The position numbers were made by a program, and so were the translations under genes. The notes under the pieces were generated by a model. That model did no database searches, was not told the origin of the DNA, and saw only the letters and a list, made by a program, of their open reading frames with translations. Below are positions 38,508 through 48,826 of a stretch of DNA of 64,000 nucleotides, in pieces; the stretch's first letter is position 1, and the number at the start of each line of letters is the position of its first letter. The stretch is from a virus, in IMG/VR virus record IMGVR_UViG_3300036834_000189, positions 1 through 64,000 of that record; one strand, 5' to 3'.

Positions 38508-39377
38508 ATGGGGTTTAAAACCATGGATACACCCCCCATCACTGCCGAAGCGCGCGGCAAACTTCGCACCTGGGTGCGCGCGGCGCACAAGCGGCAAGAA
38601 CGCTTCGAGACCGTCATCACCGACGGCGACACTGGTCTGATCGCCTCCAACCTCGCGCGCCGCTCGTCGCTCCAGGGCCGTCAGCGCGCCTTCCACCAAT
38701 TGCGCCGACGCTTCGCGCCATTCGCTGCGCTGCAAGGAGTGCGGCTCGACCACGACCCGATGGCGGTATGGACGATGCTCAAAGCCCGCAGCTCGGTGAC
38801 AGTCGACAGCGCCAGCGACGATCCCGGTCTCTACCAGGACTGCATCACCGTCAACTATATCATGGCCGGACGCTTGCCGCGCGACGCCAATCACAGCGCC
38901 TATGCGCTCGCCGACGGGCTGTGGTCGCTGGAAGTCTCCAAGCATGCGCTGCTCCGCTTGCTGCAGCGCCATCGCAGCGCCGACATCGCGAACGTACTGA
39001 TGTCGGCGCATCACACGCTGCTGCGCGCAAAAATGACCAGTATCCGTCCATTCCTACGCGACAAGACCGCACGGTTTTATCTCGACACCGGCGACGGCGT
39101 GTTCGGCTGCACTCTACGGGTCATCAAGGACTGCGCGCTCGGTGAGATGACAATGCACGTGCGAGCGCGCACTTGGTTGCACCGCGACCAGCTCAGCGCA
39201 CGTCAGGAAAACGCAGTGCTGCACGACGAAGGCTCGCCCGGAGAGCGGCTCGGCGACTGCTGGCTGCTGCCGGCGCCGCTGGTCCGCTTTGTGCGCCGCG
39301 AGGACGGCAAGATCGATGCGCTGTACTGGTCGAGCGGCCTACCCGACAATCTCAGTCAGCCGCGCGGCAACGCGTAA
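38508..39377 (+). CDS. Hypothetical protein
   Basis: 289-aa ORF behind an AT-rich promoter region. Confidence 0.65.
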   Translation: MGFKTMDTPPITAEARGKLRTWVRAAHKRQERFETVITDGDTGLIASNLARRSSLQGRQRAFHQLRRRFAPFAALQGVRLDHDPMAVWTMLKARSSVTVDSASDDPGLYQDCITVNYIMAGRLPRDANHSAYALADGLWSLEVSKHALLRLLQRHRSADIANVLMSAHHTLLRAKMTSIRPFLRDKTARFYLDTGDGVFGCTLRVIKDCALGEMTMHVRARTWLHRDQLSARQENAVLHDEGSPGERLGDCWLLPAPLVRFVRREDGKIDALYWSSGLPDNLSQPRGNA

Positions 39378-39388
39378 AGGAGACAGCA

Positions 39389-39853
39389 ATGCGGACCTGG
39401 AAGACATCGTCTACGCCAATGACCACAGTGAACAATTATGCCTTTGGTCGCTATGACGATGGCGAAGTCTGGATACAGACCGAGCCTCGCCAATTAGTGG
39501 CGAACAATGGGAAGGTCTATTTGACCATAAAGGAGCTTCGCGAGCTTCTGGCTTGCGCTGACGGGCAGTGCGGCGGCTGGCGACACCCGCAGAATGAGGC
39601 GAAGGGTGAAGAGATAAACCACATCGGATTTACCGGGACCCGCAGCAAGATCACCAATGAGCAGCAGATGGCTCTGCGGCAAATCTTGCGTGATTGGTGC
39701 CTAGGAGAACCATCGGTGACTGAAAAACCAATGTATCAGAGCTTCGAATCCTATCAACGCTCGTTACTAGAACTCAAACGGCGGGTAGACAAAGGCATAC
39801 CGTTAAAGTTCTACGATATCGCGAACAAGCCGCCTTACGGATCACCACAATAG
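39389..39853 (+). CDS. Hypothetical chimeric protein containing a copy of the next gene's N-terminus
   Basis: AAGGAG SD; contains NHIGFTGTRSKITNEQQ.ALRQI. Confidence 0.45.
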   Translation: MRTWKTSSTPMTTVNNYAFGRYDDGEVWIQTEPRQLVANNGKVYLTIKELRELLACADGQCGGWRHPQNEAKGEEINHIGFTGTRSKITNEQQMALRQILRDWCLGEPSVTEKPMYQSFESYQRSLLELKRRVDKGIPLKFYDIANKPPYGSPQ

Positions 39854-39958
39854 TTGACAGGCTTGATCTGTCGAGTGAGAAAAAATGAACCACATCGGAT
39901 TTACCGGGACCCGCAGCAAGATAACCAATGAGCAGCAGACGGCTCTGCGGCAAATCTT
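39617..39958. repeat. 71-bp direct repeat (39617-39687 and 39888-39958, 2 mismatches)
   Basis: AACCACATCGGATTTACCGGGACCCGCAGCAAGAT...GGCTCTGCGGCAAATCTT occurs twice. Confidence 0.9.
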
Positions 39959-40316
39959 CTACGAGATCGACCAGTTGACGCAGCGTTTTGTGCCTGTGCT
40001 CCACCACGGCGACTGCATCGGCGCTGATGCCTGGGCACATGAGCTGGCCAGAGAGAAGGATTGGGAAATCACCATCCACCCACCCACGGACAACAAAGCC
40101 CGAGCGTTCTGCCAAGGTTATACCAGAATCAATCCACCGGCTTCGTACATGGAACGGAACCAGGCGATCGTCGATGCAGCTGATCAGCTGATCGCTGTGC
40201 TCGACGGCCCCGAGAGACCGCGGTCGGGGACTTGGGCGACGGTACGCCGCGCACAGCAGCGCGGCATTCCAATCACCATGGTCTGGCCAAGCGGCCAGAC
40301 CACTGAGGAGAGGTAG
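39885..40316 (+). CDS. SLOG-superfamily (YspA/DprA-like) nucleotide-binding protein
   Basis: IGFTGTR, LHHGDCIGAD, RNQAIVD, SGTWATVRRA. Confidence 0.7.
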   Translation: MNHIGFTGTRSKITNEQQTALRQIFYEIDQLTQRFVPVLHHGDCIGADAWAHELAREKDWEITIHPPTDNKARAFCQGYTRINPPASYMERNQAIVDAADQLIAVLDGPERPRSGTWATVRRAQQRGIPITMVWPSGQTTEER

Positions 40317-40318
40317 AA

Positions 40319-40627
40319 ATGATCTGGCTAAGGCGCCACCCCGACATGACCCCTGAGATGTTGGGGGTCCTCCCAATGTTCTTTGACGACAACGACCCGC
40401 GCCCGGCTGCCGAGCAGATCAACGAGAAGTATGCTCACGGAGGCGGCTGGAACCCGATACCGCGCTTCACGATGGAGGCTGACGGCACGCTGCGCTACCC
40501 CGGCGTCCCGCCGCTGCCGGTGCTTGCCGAGGCGATATTCCGCAACGAGCTAATTCGTTTTTACGACCATGCCTGGGTGGCGATCATGCAGCCCGGCGGA
40601 GCGTTCGAGGTCAGCCGGATGGACTAG
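40319..40627 (+). CDS. Hypothetical phage protein
   Basis: GAGGT SD; DPRPAAEQINEKYAHGGGW...FEVSRMD. Confidence 0.6.
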   Translation: MIWLRRHPDMTPEMLGVLPMFFDDNDPRPAAEQINEKYAHGGGWNPIPRFTMEADGTLRYPGVPPLPVLAEAIFRNELIRFYDHAWVAIMQPGGAFEVSRMD

Positions 40628-40640
40628 CTGAGCTTCAACG

Positions 40641-41234
40641 ATGATCACGATCCCCAAGCGAATGCGCCACCTGCCGCGCGACCGGCGCGGCTACCCGATC
40701 CCCAAGAGCGTGCTGATCGACCGCAACGGCCGACCACATTTCACGATCAACGACGATGTGGTGCGGCTGAAGCAGCTCGTCGAGAAGCGCTGCCCGATCT
40801 GTGGTGCCAAGCTCACCGGCAAGCAATGGTTTGTCGGCGGCCCCCAATCCGCCTTTAACGAGCACGGCGCTTACATCGATTTGCCGATGCATTACGAGTG
40901 CGCGCATTACGCGCTCCAGGCTTGTCCCTATCTCGCCGCACCGAACTACAGCGGTCGGATCAACGCCGCAACACTCAGCGACGACGACGACACAATGCGG
41001 GTACTGCTCGATCAAACGATGATCCCCGATCGACCACCACTGTTTGTCGCCGTGCAATGCCGCACGCACCAGATCACCTTGAACGGCTATCTGCAGCCGA
41101 TGCGGCCCTACCTGCGGGTCGAATACTGGCAGCACGGCAAGCGGCTCGACGACGCCGAGGGCGAGGCGCAAACCAAGGACTACATGACCGTGCCGCTACC
41201 CGCGCGCCAACCAATGCGGATCATCGTGAGGTAA
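40641..41234 (+). CDS. Hypothetical zinc-binding phage protein
   Basis: RGYPIP, CPICG, MHYECAHYALQACPYL. Confidence 0.65.
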   Translation: MITIPKRMRHLPRDRRGYPIPKSVLIDRNGRPHFTINDDVVRLKQLVEKRCPICGAKLTGKQWFVGGPQSAFNEHGAYIDLPMHYECAHYALQACPYLAAPNYSGRINAATLSDDDDTMRVLLDQTMIPDRPPLFVAVQCRTHQITLNGYLQPMRPYLRVEYWQHGKRLDDAEGEAQTKDYMTVPLPARQPMRIIVR

Positions 41235-41240
41235 GGAAAA

Positions 41241-41510
41241 ATGCAAAGTGTAACTGGACGCGACACCGATATTATCGCCGATGCATTGGCGTATGCGATC
41301 ATTACGATCGAACGACTGCCGATCGAATGGCGAGAACAAAGCAATGCCGATGACATGAAGCGTCTGCTCAGCGCAGTCGCGCCGGGACGAGAACAATTCT
41401 ATCTGACCAAGGCACGCTCCCACATAGAGCGACGTGGACTTGCGGTCGATAATGCAGGAAAGCTCAAACTGGCCGAGCGTGACGACACCGATGGCGTCGT
41501 TAAACTCTGA
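41241..41510 (+). CDS. Hypothetical protein
   Basis: AAGGA SD. Confidence 0.55.
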   Translation: MQSVTGRDTDIIADALAYAIITIERLPIEWREQSNADDMKRLLSAVAPGREQFYLTKARSHIERRGLAVDNAGKLKLAERDDTDGVVKL

Positions 41511-41546
41511 TGGTCCACTAGCCGAATAAAACGAGGCTTATCGACT

Positions 41547-41816
41547 ATGGAAAATTACGATATCAGCGGCAAGATCGGCAACTTGTTCAATACCAATCCC
41601 GAGCCAGAATGGCCGATGTATTCCTATGATCGGCCCGCCTCTATCCTGTGGAGCGCCATCGCGGGCAAACTCCATGAGGCGGGGTGGACGGACGAGCAGA
41701 TCAAAGAATGGTTGCAGTCCAAAGAGACGCGATGGGCACTCGACGGCTCGCTCGGCGACGCTCTCAGAGCACTCGGCGAAAGGTTTGCGATAGAGGCCGC
41801 GCATCTGAATGAGTAG
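41547..41816 (+). CDS. Hypothetical protein
   Basis: GAGG SD. Confidence 0.5.
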   Translation: MENYDISGKIGNLFNTNPEPEWPMYSYDRPASILWSAIAGKLHEAGWTDEQIKEWLQSKETRWALDGSLGDALRALGERFAIEAAHLNE

Positions 41817-41827
41817 GAGTGAGACCC

Positions 41828-42373
41828 ATGACATCAGTGATGGCGCGAACATGTTCGTCGTGTACCCTGTGCTGTTGTCTCGTGCCGGTCAAAGAGATCG
41901 GGCTGCCGGCCTTCACACAATGTCCGCAGCTGCAGCCGATGCCCGCCGCGAAGCCGGGCTGCGGGATCTACGCGCAGCGCCCGCGCTCGTGCCGCAACTG
42001 GTCGTGCTTGTGGCTCAAAAATGTTGATTGGGATGACGAGCTGCGCCCCGACCGCTGCGGCGTCGTGTTCGACGAGGTGCCCGACATCATCCGCATCCAG
42101 GACAAGGAACATCCCTGCATGCAGGGCTGGGTGCGCCCCGGTATGCCTGAGGATTTCTGGCAGCGCCAGCCGGTCCTCGCGGTCGTGCTGGCAGCCCTCG
42201 ATCAGAAGCTCGCAATACTGTTCCGGCGCGGTCCGCACAGCGCCTTCGCGGTGTGGCGCGGTGCAACGGGCGAGCTGTGCTTCAGCCCCTCGGGTGAGCC
42301 GCGATCGATGGAGCCGGACGAGAGCCGGCTGCGACGGGCCAGCAAGATGATCGCAACCGCTGGAGGGGACTGA
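41828..42373 (+). CDS. YkgJ-like cysteine-cluster protein
   Basis: CSSCTLCC...C...CGIYAQRPRSCRNWSCLWL. Confidence 0.65.
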   Translation: MTSVMARTCSSCTLCCCLVPVKEIGLPAFTQCPQLQPMPAAKPGCGIYAQRPRSCRNWSCLWLKNVDWDDELRPDRCGVVFDEVPDIIRIQDKEHPCMQGWVRPGMPEDFWQRQPVLAVVLAALDQKLAILFRRGPHSAFAVWRGATGELCFSPSGEPRSMEPDESRLRRASKMIATAGGD

Positions 42374-43335
42374 TGATCCGCTGGCGCGCGCTCCTCGACC
42401 ATTGCAACGTCGCGTGGCTCGACCGCGGGCGCAATCTGTCGCGCGGTTGGCTCGCGATCAAGTGTCCGTGGTGCGGACCCGCCGATCCCAGCGCCCATCT
42501 CGGGATCAACGAAGAGAGCGGAATCTACCACTGTCTGCGCAACAACGCGCATCGCGGCAAGTCGCCATATTACCTGCTCGCCGCGCTTGGGGTGCCGCGG
42601 CGCACGATCGACGATGTCCTCGTGGCCTATTCATCGGGTCTGCCGGTTCGTCCAGCTCCGCCGGTGGAGATCCCGCGATCGCGGTTTGCTCAGCGCTGGG
42701 CATCGTTCGCGCCTGCGGCGCACGACGCGCGGGCGCTCGAATACCTTCGAGCCCGTCATTTCTGGCATCCGCGGCGCACGGCCGAGACGTTTGATCTGCG
42801 GGTCGGCAGAGGCAATTACGCTGCGCGGCTGTGGTTCCCGCTGCTGGCGGGCGAGGATGAGGTCGTTGGGTTCACCGGGCGCGCGATGACCGACATCCAG
42901 CCGCGGTATTACACCGAGACCGCCACTCATGTGCTCTACATTCCGCGCGCTCCGCGCCCTAACGATCGGATAATCATCCTGGTCGAAGGGCCATTCGACG
43001 CGTTGCGGCTTGCCGATGCGACGATTGATCGTTATGATGTTTTTGTTGCCGCACTCTGTGGGGCAGCGCTGACAGAAACCAAGAAACGCCAAGTCCGTTG
43101 GCTGTCCGATACCATTCCCCGCTTGTTTCTCGTTCTCGACCGCATCTTGAGCGACGCGACAAAAACGCCGACTGAAATCAATGATGCTCAGATTACCGCC
43201 GTAGATGCCAATCGCTTGGTAAAAGAGCTGCACATCTCTACGGGTCAGCGCACTGAGCTGCCCGAGGGGATCAAGGATCCGGGGGAAATGACCAACCATG
43301 ACATTTACCAATGGTTGAACCGCCTCCTCGCCTGA
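42373..43335 (+). CDS. DNA primase (zinc finger plus TOPRIM)
   Basis: CPWC...HLG...YHCLR, GFTGR, VEGPFDA, KDPGE. Confidence 0.8.
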   Translation: MIRWRALLDHCNVAWLDRGRNLSRGWLAIKCPWCGPADPSAHLGINEESGIYHCLRNNAHRGKSPYYLLAALGVPRRTIDDVLVAYSSGLPVRPAPPVEIPRSRFAQRWASFAPAAHDARALEYLRARHFWHPRRTAETFDLRVGRGNYAARLWFPLLAGEDEVVGFTGRAMTDIQPRYYTETATHVLYIPRAPRPNDRIIILVEGPFDALRLADATIDRYDVFVAALCGAALTETKKRQVRWLSDTIPRLFLVLDRILSDATKTPTEINDAQITAVDANRLVKELHISTGQRTELPEGIKDPGEMTNHDIYQWLNRLLA

Positions 43336-43859
43336 CGCGTCCGCAGTATCAGCCGTTGTGGCAGGGACCTTTCGAGGCGTGGTCGCGGCAGTTTGTCGCC
43401 AAGAACCATTGGCGGGTCGCGGCGCTGTGTGAATTCGACGACGCAGTGCAGGAGTGCGCCGTGGTATTTGCGCGTTGCGCCAAATTGTACTACGGCAAGG
43501 TCGACAATGCGGCGTGGTTCATGGCGCTCTACAAGGCCGCGGTCGTCAACTATTTCAATACCTTGGCGAAGAAAAATAAAAAGGCTGCAGAGAGCAGCAA
43601 GACCGCGCCGCCGCGCTATGCTGACGGCGAGGCTGTCGACTGGTCGAGCGGGCCGCTATTGGCGCTGCTCAACCAAGCTTCCGTCGAGCTGCGGGAAGTG
43701 CTGATCGTCATCGCTGCCGCGCCGAGCGAATTGCTGACCCTGATGCTGGCGGGCTCGAAAAGCGACGCGGCGGCATGGTCGCGCGCCTTGTGCCGCTTGG
43801 CGCGGACCAGGCGGGTGCGCAACGACCTGCTCTTTGAGTTGCGCAACCTGCTCGAATGA
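43311..43859 (+). CDS. Putative phage sigma-factor-like protein
   Basis: EFDDAVQECAVVF...WFMALY...VNYF resembles sigma region 2. Confidence 0.4.
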   Translation: MVEPPPRLTRPQYQPLWQGPFEAWSRQFVAKNHWRVAALCEFDDAVQECAVVFARCAKLYYGKVDNAAWFMALYKAAVVNYFNTLAKKNKKAAESSKTAPPRYADGEAVDWSSGPLLALLNQASVELREVLIVIAAAPSELLTLMLAGSKSDAAAWSRALCRLARTRRVRNDLLFELRNLLE

Positions 43860-43890
43860 TTCAGTATATCCATGAAAGGGAGAAATCGGC

Positions 43891-44589
43891 GTGCCTACCG
43901 CATTCGAAGCTCTGCTAGCCACTGCGCGCAAAGCCAAAGCTCGGTTTTTGCCGCTCGGCAAAGACGAAGACGACGCGGCATACTTCAGCCGCCTGGCGCA
44001 GGCTGTGTCGGCGTCGACCAAAGAGGCGTTCGACGCGATGCCGGCTGCTGCGCAGACTTGGTTTGACGAGACTGCCGATGCGCTGTCGGAGGGGCGGCAG
44101 CTCATGCCGCCCGAGGGCTACAATCGTGATTTTTTTGCCCCCGTGAAAGAGCACAAGCCGGTAATGATGCGGCCGGTCGCCAACCGGCCGTCAGCTGCTG
44201 CGGCAGAAGCCGCGGAAACGGCAGCGGTGGAAACCGAGGCCGAAGCCGATGAGCCTGCGGTTGATGAAGATGAGCCCGAGACGGTAGTAGACGAACCGCC
44301 GAAGGCGGCGCGAAAAAGGGTGGCGCGCGGCGTCGCGGCGGCGCCTGTCCCGACACGCGGACGCGTGCGCAAGGCGGCGAGCCCGCCGGTTGTGGACGGG
44401 CCGGTTTCGATCGCGACTCGGACCCGCCAGCTCGTCATCGCCAATGAGAAGGCGTCGCCGGACGAGATCCTCAAAATGCTGCGCGACGAGGGCATCGACA
44501 TGACCGAGCGGCGTCAGACGGTCACGGCGGTTCGCTATGTCACGCTGCTGACCCTAAGACTCGCGCGGGAAGCGGGCAAGATGCGTTAG
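43891..44589 (+). CDS. Hypothetical protein
   Basis: GGGAG SD and an acidic linker. Confidence 0.6.
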   Translation: MPTAFEALLATARKAKARFLPLGKDEDDAAYFSRLAQAVSASTKEAFDAMPAAAQTWFDETADALSEGRQLMPPEGYNRDFFAPVKEHKPVMMRPVANRPSAAAAEAAETAAVETEAEADEPAVDEDEPETVVDEPPKAARKRVARGVAAAPVPTRGRVRKAASPPVVDGPVSIATRTRQLVIANEKASPDEILKMLRDEGIDMTERRQTVTAVRYVTLLTLRLAREAGKMR

Positions 44590-44593
44590 GGCG

Positions 44594-45571
44594 ATGATTT
44601 TATGTACGTCTGACTTGCATTTAACAGATCGCGCCGAAGATGACTACCGGTGGGCGGTCTTCGACGCGATCGCCGCGAGCCTCGATCGCTATCCAAGCAT
44701 CACGGCGATCTACATCCTCGGCGACGCCTGGGACCGCCGCGACCGCCACAGCGCGGTGCTGGTCAACCGCACGGTGACGGAATTCACCAGGATTGCCGAG
44801 CGCGTGCCGCTGACCGTGCTGCGCGGCAACCACGACACGCCATTGCGCGACCCGGCATTCTGGCAATTCCTCAACGAGTTCAGAGACCTCGATTATGTCA
44901 CTGAGCCGACCGTTCGCCAACGCCTGCTGCTCGCGCCGTTCACCGCGACCCCGAAGCAGACGTGGCACGGCATCCGCTTTCGCGACCATGCGGCGCTGTT
45001 CATGCATGCGACAGTCTCGGGGGCGGTGTTTGAGAACGGCACGGTCATGGAGCACGCCGATTTTCCGCTCCTCCCGCGCAGCCTCAAGGTTTACAGCGGC
45101 GATGTCCACGTCCCGCAGCAAATCGGCGGCATCACCTATGTCGGCGCGCCGCATCCGATCCGCTTTGGCGACCGGTATAAGTGTCGTATGTTGGTGCTCG
45201 ACGACCATTTCGATATCGCGCACGAGATCATCCTGCATCCACAGCAGAAGATCATGGCCGACATCACCAGCCTCGCCGACTTGATTTATTTGGGAGCTGC
45301 ACCCGGGGATCAAGTGAAGATCCGGTTTGCCGCCTCGCCTGCCGATGTCGAGAACTGGGGACAGATCGAGGCCGCGCTGGCGAGCTGGGCCGTCGACAAT
45401 CGAGTCACCATTACCGGCACTGAGGTTGCGTTGACTGCTCCCCGACCCGGCGGCGCATTGGAGGTCCTGGGGACACCCGAACAGATTTTGCGCGATTTTG
45501 CGGCGCACGAGCGGCTCACCGAAGAGCTGTTGACCACGGGATTGAGCTTGCTCACAGAGGTTCAAGGGTGA
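44594..45571 (+). CDS. SbcD/Mre11 (gp47-like) metallophosphoesterase nuclease
   Basis: SDLH, LGD.WD, GNHD, SGDVH. Confidence 0.88.
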   Translation: MILCTSDLHLTDRAEDDYRWAVFDAIAASLDRYPSITAIYILGDAWDRRDRHSAVLVNRTVTEFTRIAERVPLTVLRGNHDTPLRDPAFWQFLNEFRDLDYVTEPTVRQRLLLAPFTATPKQTWHGIRFRDHAALFMHATVSGAVFENGTVMEHADFPLLPRSLKVYSGDVHVPQQIGGITYVGAPHPIRFGDRYKCRMLVLDDHFDIAHEIILHPQQKIMADITSLADLIYLGAAPGDQVKIRFAASPADVENWGQIEAALASWAVDNRVTITGTEVALTAPRPGGALEVLGTPEQILRDFAAHERLTEELLTTGLSLLTEVQG

Positions 45572-45578
45572 CAGTCGA

Positions 45579-47312
45579 ATGACTGTACAAATTCTCGTTG
45601 GGCACGTTCTTTCGCGTCTCAGAGAATTGCCTGACGAGAGCGTGCACTGCGTCGTCACCTCGCCGCCATACTACGGCCTTAGATCCTACGGCGTAGAGCC
45701 GCAGGTATGGGGCGGCGGTAAGGATTGTCGACACGATTTTCAAATGGAGGAGATCGGCACCGAGATCGGAAAAGGCAACTGGACACAAGCGACGGGCGGT
45801 TCTGACTGGGCCGCCGGTGTGCGTAACAAGGTGACGGCCGAGCATCGCGAACCGATTCGCGAGGTCAAAGAGCGTGGCTTCTGCCGCCGCTGTGGCGCCT
45901 GGCGCGGCGACCTGGGGCTGGAGCCGACAGTCGAGTTGTACATCGCCCATCTGGTCGAGGTGTTTCGCGAGGTCCGCCGGGTGCTGTGCAAGGACGGCAC
46001 GCTGTGGGTGAATCTGGGCGATTCTTACGCTGGCGGCGGTGGGTTTTCGGCTGGAGCGCCATCATCGGAGCATAGCAAATCCGGGAAGTACGGCACGCTT
46101 GGCGCATTGAAGAGCGGCGGCATTAAACCAAGCGGTACGATCAAGCCGAAGGATCTGTTGCTAATGCCGGCGCAGCTGGCGCTGGCGCTGCGGGCCGATG
46201 GGTGGGTGCTGAGATCGGAGATTGTGTGGGCGAAGGCTGCGCCTATGCCAGAAAGCGTGACCGATCGGGCCACGTGCGCGCATGAGAAAATCTTTATGCT
46301 CGCGAAATCGAATCAAACGACATTCTGGACGCACCGCGACCACGCAGGATCGAGGACGAAGCCGGCGCCGGATTATCGTTGGGTCGACCACGACAACGAT
46401 GATACGGAGACGGACATCGAGCCACCAAACTGGCGCACGGAGCCTGCCGCAGTCAAAGTGCCGGCACACCCAAAGAATTCGTTCAGCTCGGATACTGACG
46501 ACTCCAATAGAGCGCCAGGCATGTCGTGGGCTGGGCATTTCCGCAAGCGCTGGTCACGCATCAACCTCTGGGCCGCGCACGATTATTTCTTCGACAACGA
46601 GGCGGTGAAGGAAGAGGCGGAATATCCGAATGGGCCGAATGCACCCGACGCCATCAAGTCGCCCTATGGGCAGGGGTTTATGCGCCGGGCGCCGCTGATC
46701 AGCGAGAACCGCAAGGATCTGAGATCGGATATTGAGAGCCGTCACCGATCGTCAATCGATGGCGGCCAATCGCTACAGGTCAAACCGGACGGCAAGCGCA
46801 ACATGCGCAACGTCTGGCACCTCGGCCCCGAGCCCTTCCCCGAGGCGCACTTCGCAACATACCCGACCGAGATCCCGCGCCGCGCGATCCTCGCCGGCAC
46901 CAGCGCTAAGGGTGTCTGCCCGAAATGCGGGGCGCCTTGGGTGAGGGTGGTTGAGAAGAAATCATTCGCTCGCGCGATGGATCGGCTTTACGGCGGAACG
47001 CTCGGTCACAATCCGAGCGGTACGGTTCCCGGCAGTAATACGCGCGGCTGCCCAGATCCGGAGACGCAGACCATTGGCTGGCGCCCCTCCTGCTCCTGCG
47101 ATGCGGGCGATCCGCAACCGGCCACAGTGCTCGACCCGTTTCTCGGCAGCGGCACTACTGCGATGGTCGCCAATTGGTTTGGTCGTGATTGCATCGGCAT
47201 CGAATTGAACGAGGAGTATGCGGTAATGGCTGAATACCGCTCCCGTGGAGAGCCGCCGCCGCCGTCCGAATTGGCTGTTCCGACCGCGTTCGGCGCGCTG
47301 CTGCATTGGTGA
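45579..47312 (+). CDS. N4-C/N6-A DNA methyltransferase (beta class) with large insertions
   Basis: VTSPPY, NLGDSY, HFATYP, VLDPFLGSGTT, GIELN. Confidence 0.9.
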   Translation: MTVQILVGHVLSRLRELPDESVHCVVTSPPYYGLRSYGVEPQVWGGGKDCRHDFQMEEIGTEIGKGNWTQATGGSDWAAGVRNKVTAEHREPIREVKERGFCRRCGAWRGDLGLEPTVELYIAHLVEVFREVRRVLCKDGTLWVNLGDSYAGGGGFSAGAPSSEHSKSGKYGTLGALKSGGIKPSGTIKPKDLLLMPAQLALALRADGWVLRSEIVWAKAAPMPESVTDRATCAHEKIFMLAKSNQTTFWTHRDHAGSRTKPAPDYRWVDHDNDDTETDIEPPNWRTEPAAVKVPAHPKNSFSSDTDDSNRAPGMSWAGHFRKRWSRINLWAAHDYFFDNEAVKEEAEYPNGPNAPDAIKSPYGQGFMRRAPLISENRKDLRSDIESRHRSSIDGGQSLQVKPDGKRNMRNVWHLGPEPFPEAHFATYPTEIPRRAILAGTSAKGVCPKCGAPWVRVVEKKSFARAMDRLYGGTLGHNPSGTVPGSNTRGCPDPETQTIGWRPSCSCDAGDPQPATVLDPFLGSGTTAMVANWFGRDCIGIELNEEYAVMAEYRSRGEPPPPSELAVPTAFGALLHW

Positions 47313-47316
47313 AACT

Positions 47317-48447
47317 GTGAAAGCGCGCGACCTACATCGCGACCTCGATCTGTTTCGCCTGCTGGTCAGCCGCAACGCGATGTCACCGGCGTACCGCGCG
47401 CTGGTCCTGGCCAAGGACCATGTCCGCGGCTGCGCGCCGTTCGGCGCGATGCGCTGCGCCGCGGCGCTGGGGTTTGCCGACGAAGTCTGGGTCGACGGCG
47501 ACGACTTTCTCAAGGTTATCGCGTCCTTGCCGGACAAAGAGTTCACCGCCGAGATCCGCGACCACGCGCTGCACTGGGAATGCCTCGAAGATGCGCATGA
47601 AGGTCGAGCGCAGCGCGTGCTGATCCGCGGGCATCTGGCTTTGATGACCGAGCAGCTCGACGTGCCGCCGCCGGTTTACGACCATGACTTGTCGAGCGAT
47701 CCGGTCTCCGAGCATTTTGGTGCCGGGCTCGAATTAGGATCATTGTCGTGCGGGCCGATAGCGATGCGCACGCTCGGGCTCTATGGCGTGCAGATCAAGA
47801 ATGTCGGCGACCGGGCTTATGCCTATGCCAGCGACGACACGACAATGTCGGGATGCTCGCTCGGCGGCCCGCTGTTCACCAGCGATGGAGCGCCCGGCAT
47901 CATCACGTTGTCGCTCAACGCCACGGCGCTGCTGGCAGCGGTGGTCAAGCGCGACAAGACCGCTTATCTGGCGGCTGACAACGCGTCGCTCTACTGCCTG
48001 ACCGAGAACGGTGGCGTGCTGGCGACCGAGCTGCTGCTCAACCAAGCCGATTCGCTGCGCGGCGACATCGGTGCGCTGCTCGCCCGGTTTGCCGGTTCGC
48101 AGCACGCGCTGCGCCTGCATCGCGACGCGGTGGCGGCGTTTCTCCGCCGGGCCGAGGCATTGGCCGAGCAGCAGCGCGACGCGGTTGTCGAATTCTCCGT
48201 GGTCGATGGTGAAACCCGTTTGGCATTTAACGAGCTGACCGGGTCGACCGAAGAATACCATGTGGTCCCCGACAGCGACCCCGATCTCAACATCCCCCCG
48301 GTACGGGTGGATGCCGACCGCATCGCCAAGGCGCTCGGTCACGCCGACCGGATGGTGTTTGATTATGCCGTCAGCGACAAGATTCTGATCCTCCGCGGGG
48401 ACCACGATTTTGCTTTTGCCATCTTTGGCAGGCGCGATCGTGAATAG
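47317..48447 (+). CDS. Putative sliding clamp (DNA pol III beta-like)
   Basis: ~376 aa in the replication cluster with an alternating beta/alpha pattern and YASD motif; a clamp loader is also present. Confidence 0.5.
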   Translation: MKARDLHRDLDLFRLLVSRNAMSPAYRALVLAKDHVRGCAPFGAMRCAAALGFADEVWVDGDDFLKVIASLPDKEFTAEIRDHALHWECLEDAHEGRAQRVLIRGHLALMTEQLDVPPPVYDHDLSSDPVSEHFGAGLELGSLSCGPIAMRTLGLYGVQIKNVGDRAYAYASDDTTMSGCSLGGPLFTSDGAPGIITLSLNATALLAAVVKRDKTAYLAADNASLYCLTENGGVLATELLLNQADSLRGDIGALLARFAGSQHALRLHRDAVAAFLRRAEALAEQQRDAVVEFSVVDGETRLAFNELTGSTEEYHVVPDSDPDLNIPPVRVDADRIAKALGHADRMVFDYAVSDKILILRGDHDFAFAIFGRRDRE

Positions 48448-48826
48448 CCGTAGAAATCGCCGCCCGCGCCCGCTGAGCCGCCTCTCTGACGGGAGCGCGG
48501 CATACATGGCTCAGCCCGCCTCGTGCCTCCCAGCGTCAGGAGAACGGCTTGTAGAGCATTTTGTCGGTAATTTTTACAGGGTGGAAACAGCCGGCTTGCG
48601 CGAATGGTGTGCCGGCGCAACGGCTCGGTGTTCAAGCACCCGATTCGTGCCCGATTCGTTCTGTAAAAAGATTTTACACTCGCGTTTAACGAGTGCCCGG
48701 CACAACCCGGAAAATCCCAGCAAATCGGTCATTTTTCGCAAATGGCATAGAGCTTGCTCTAAAGGCTTGCAGGGGTTGTTCCGTGCTCTATTGTGGGGCG
48801 CGTGAGACAATGAAACAGAGGATGTC

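Noticed and set aside
39617-39958. Diversity-generating retroelement TR/VR pair
   Set aside because: Only two mismatches, located at a gene 5' end, and no reverse transcriptase in the window.
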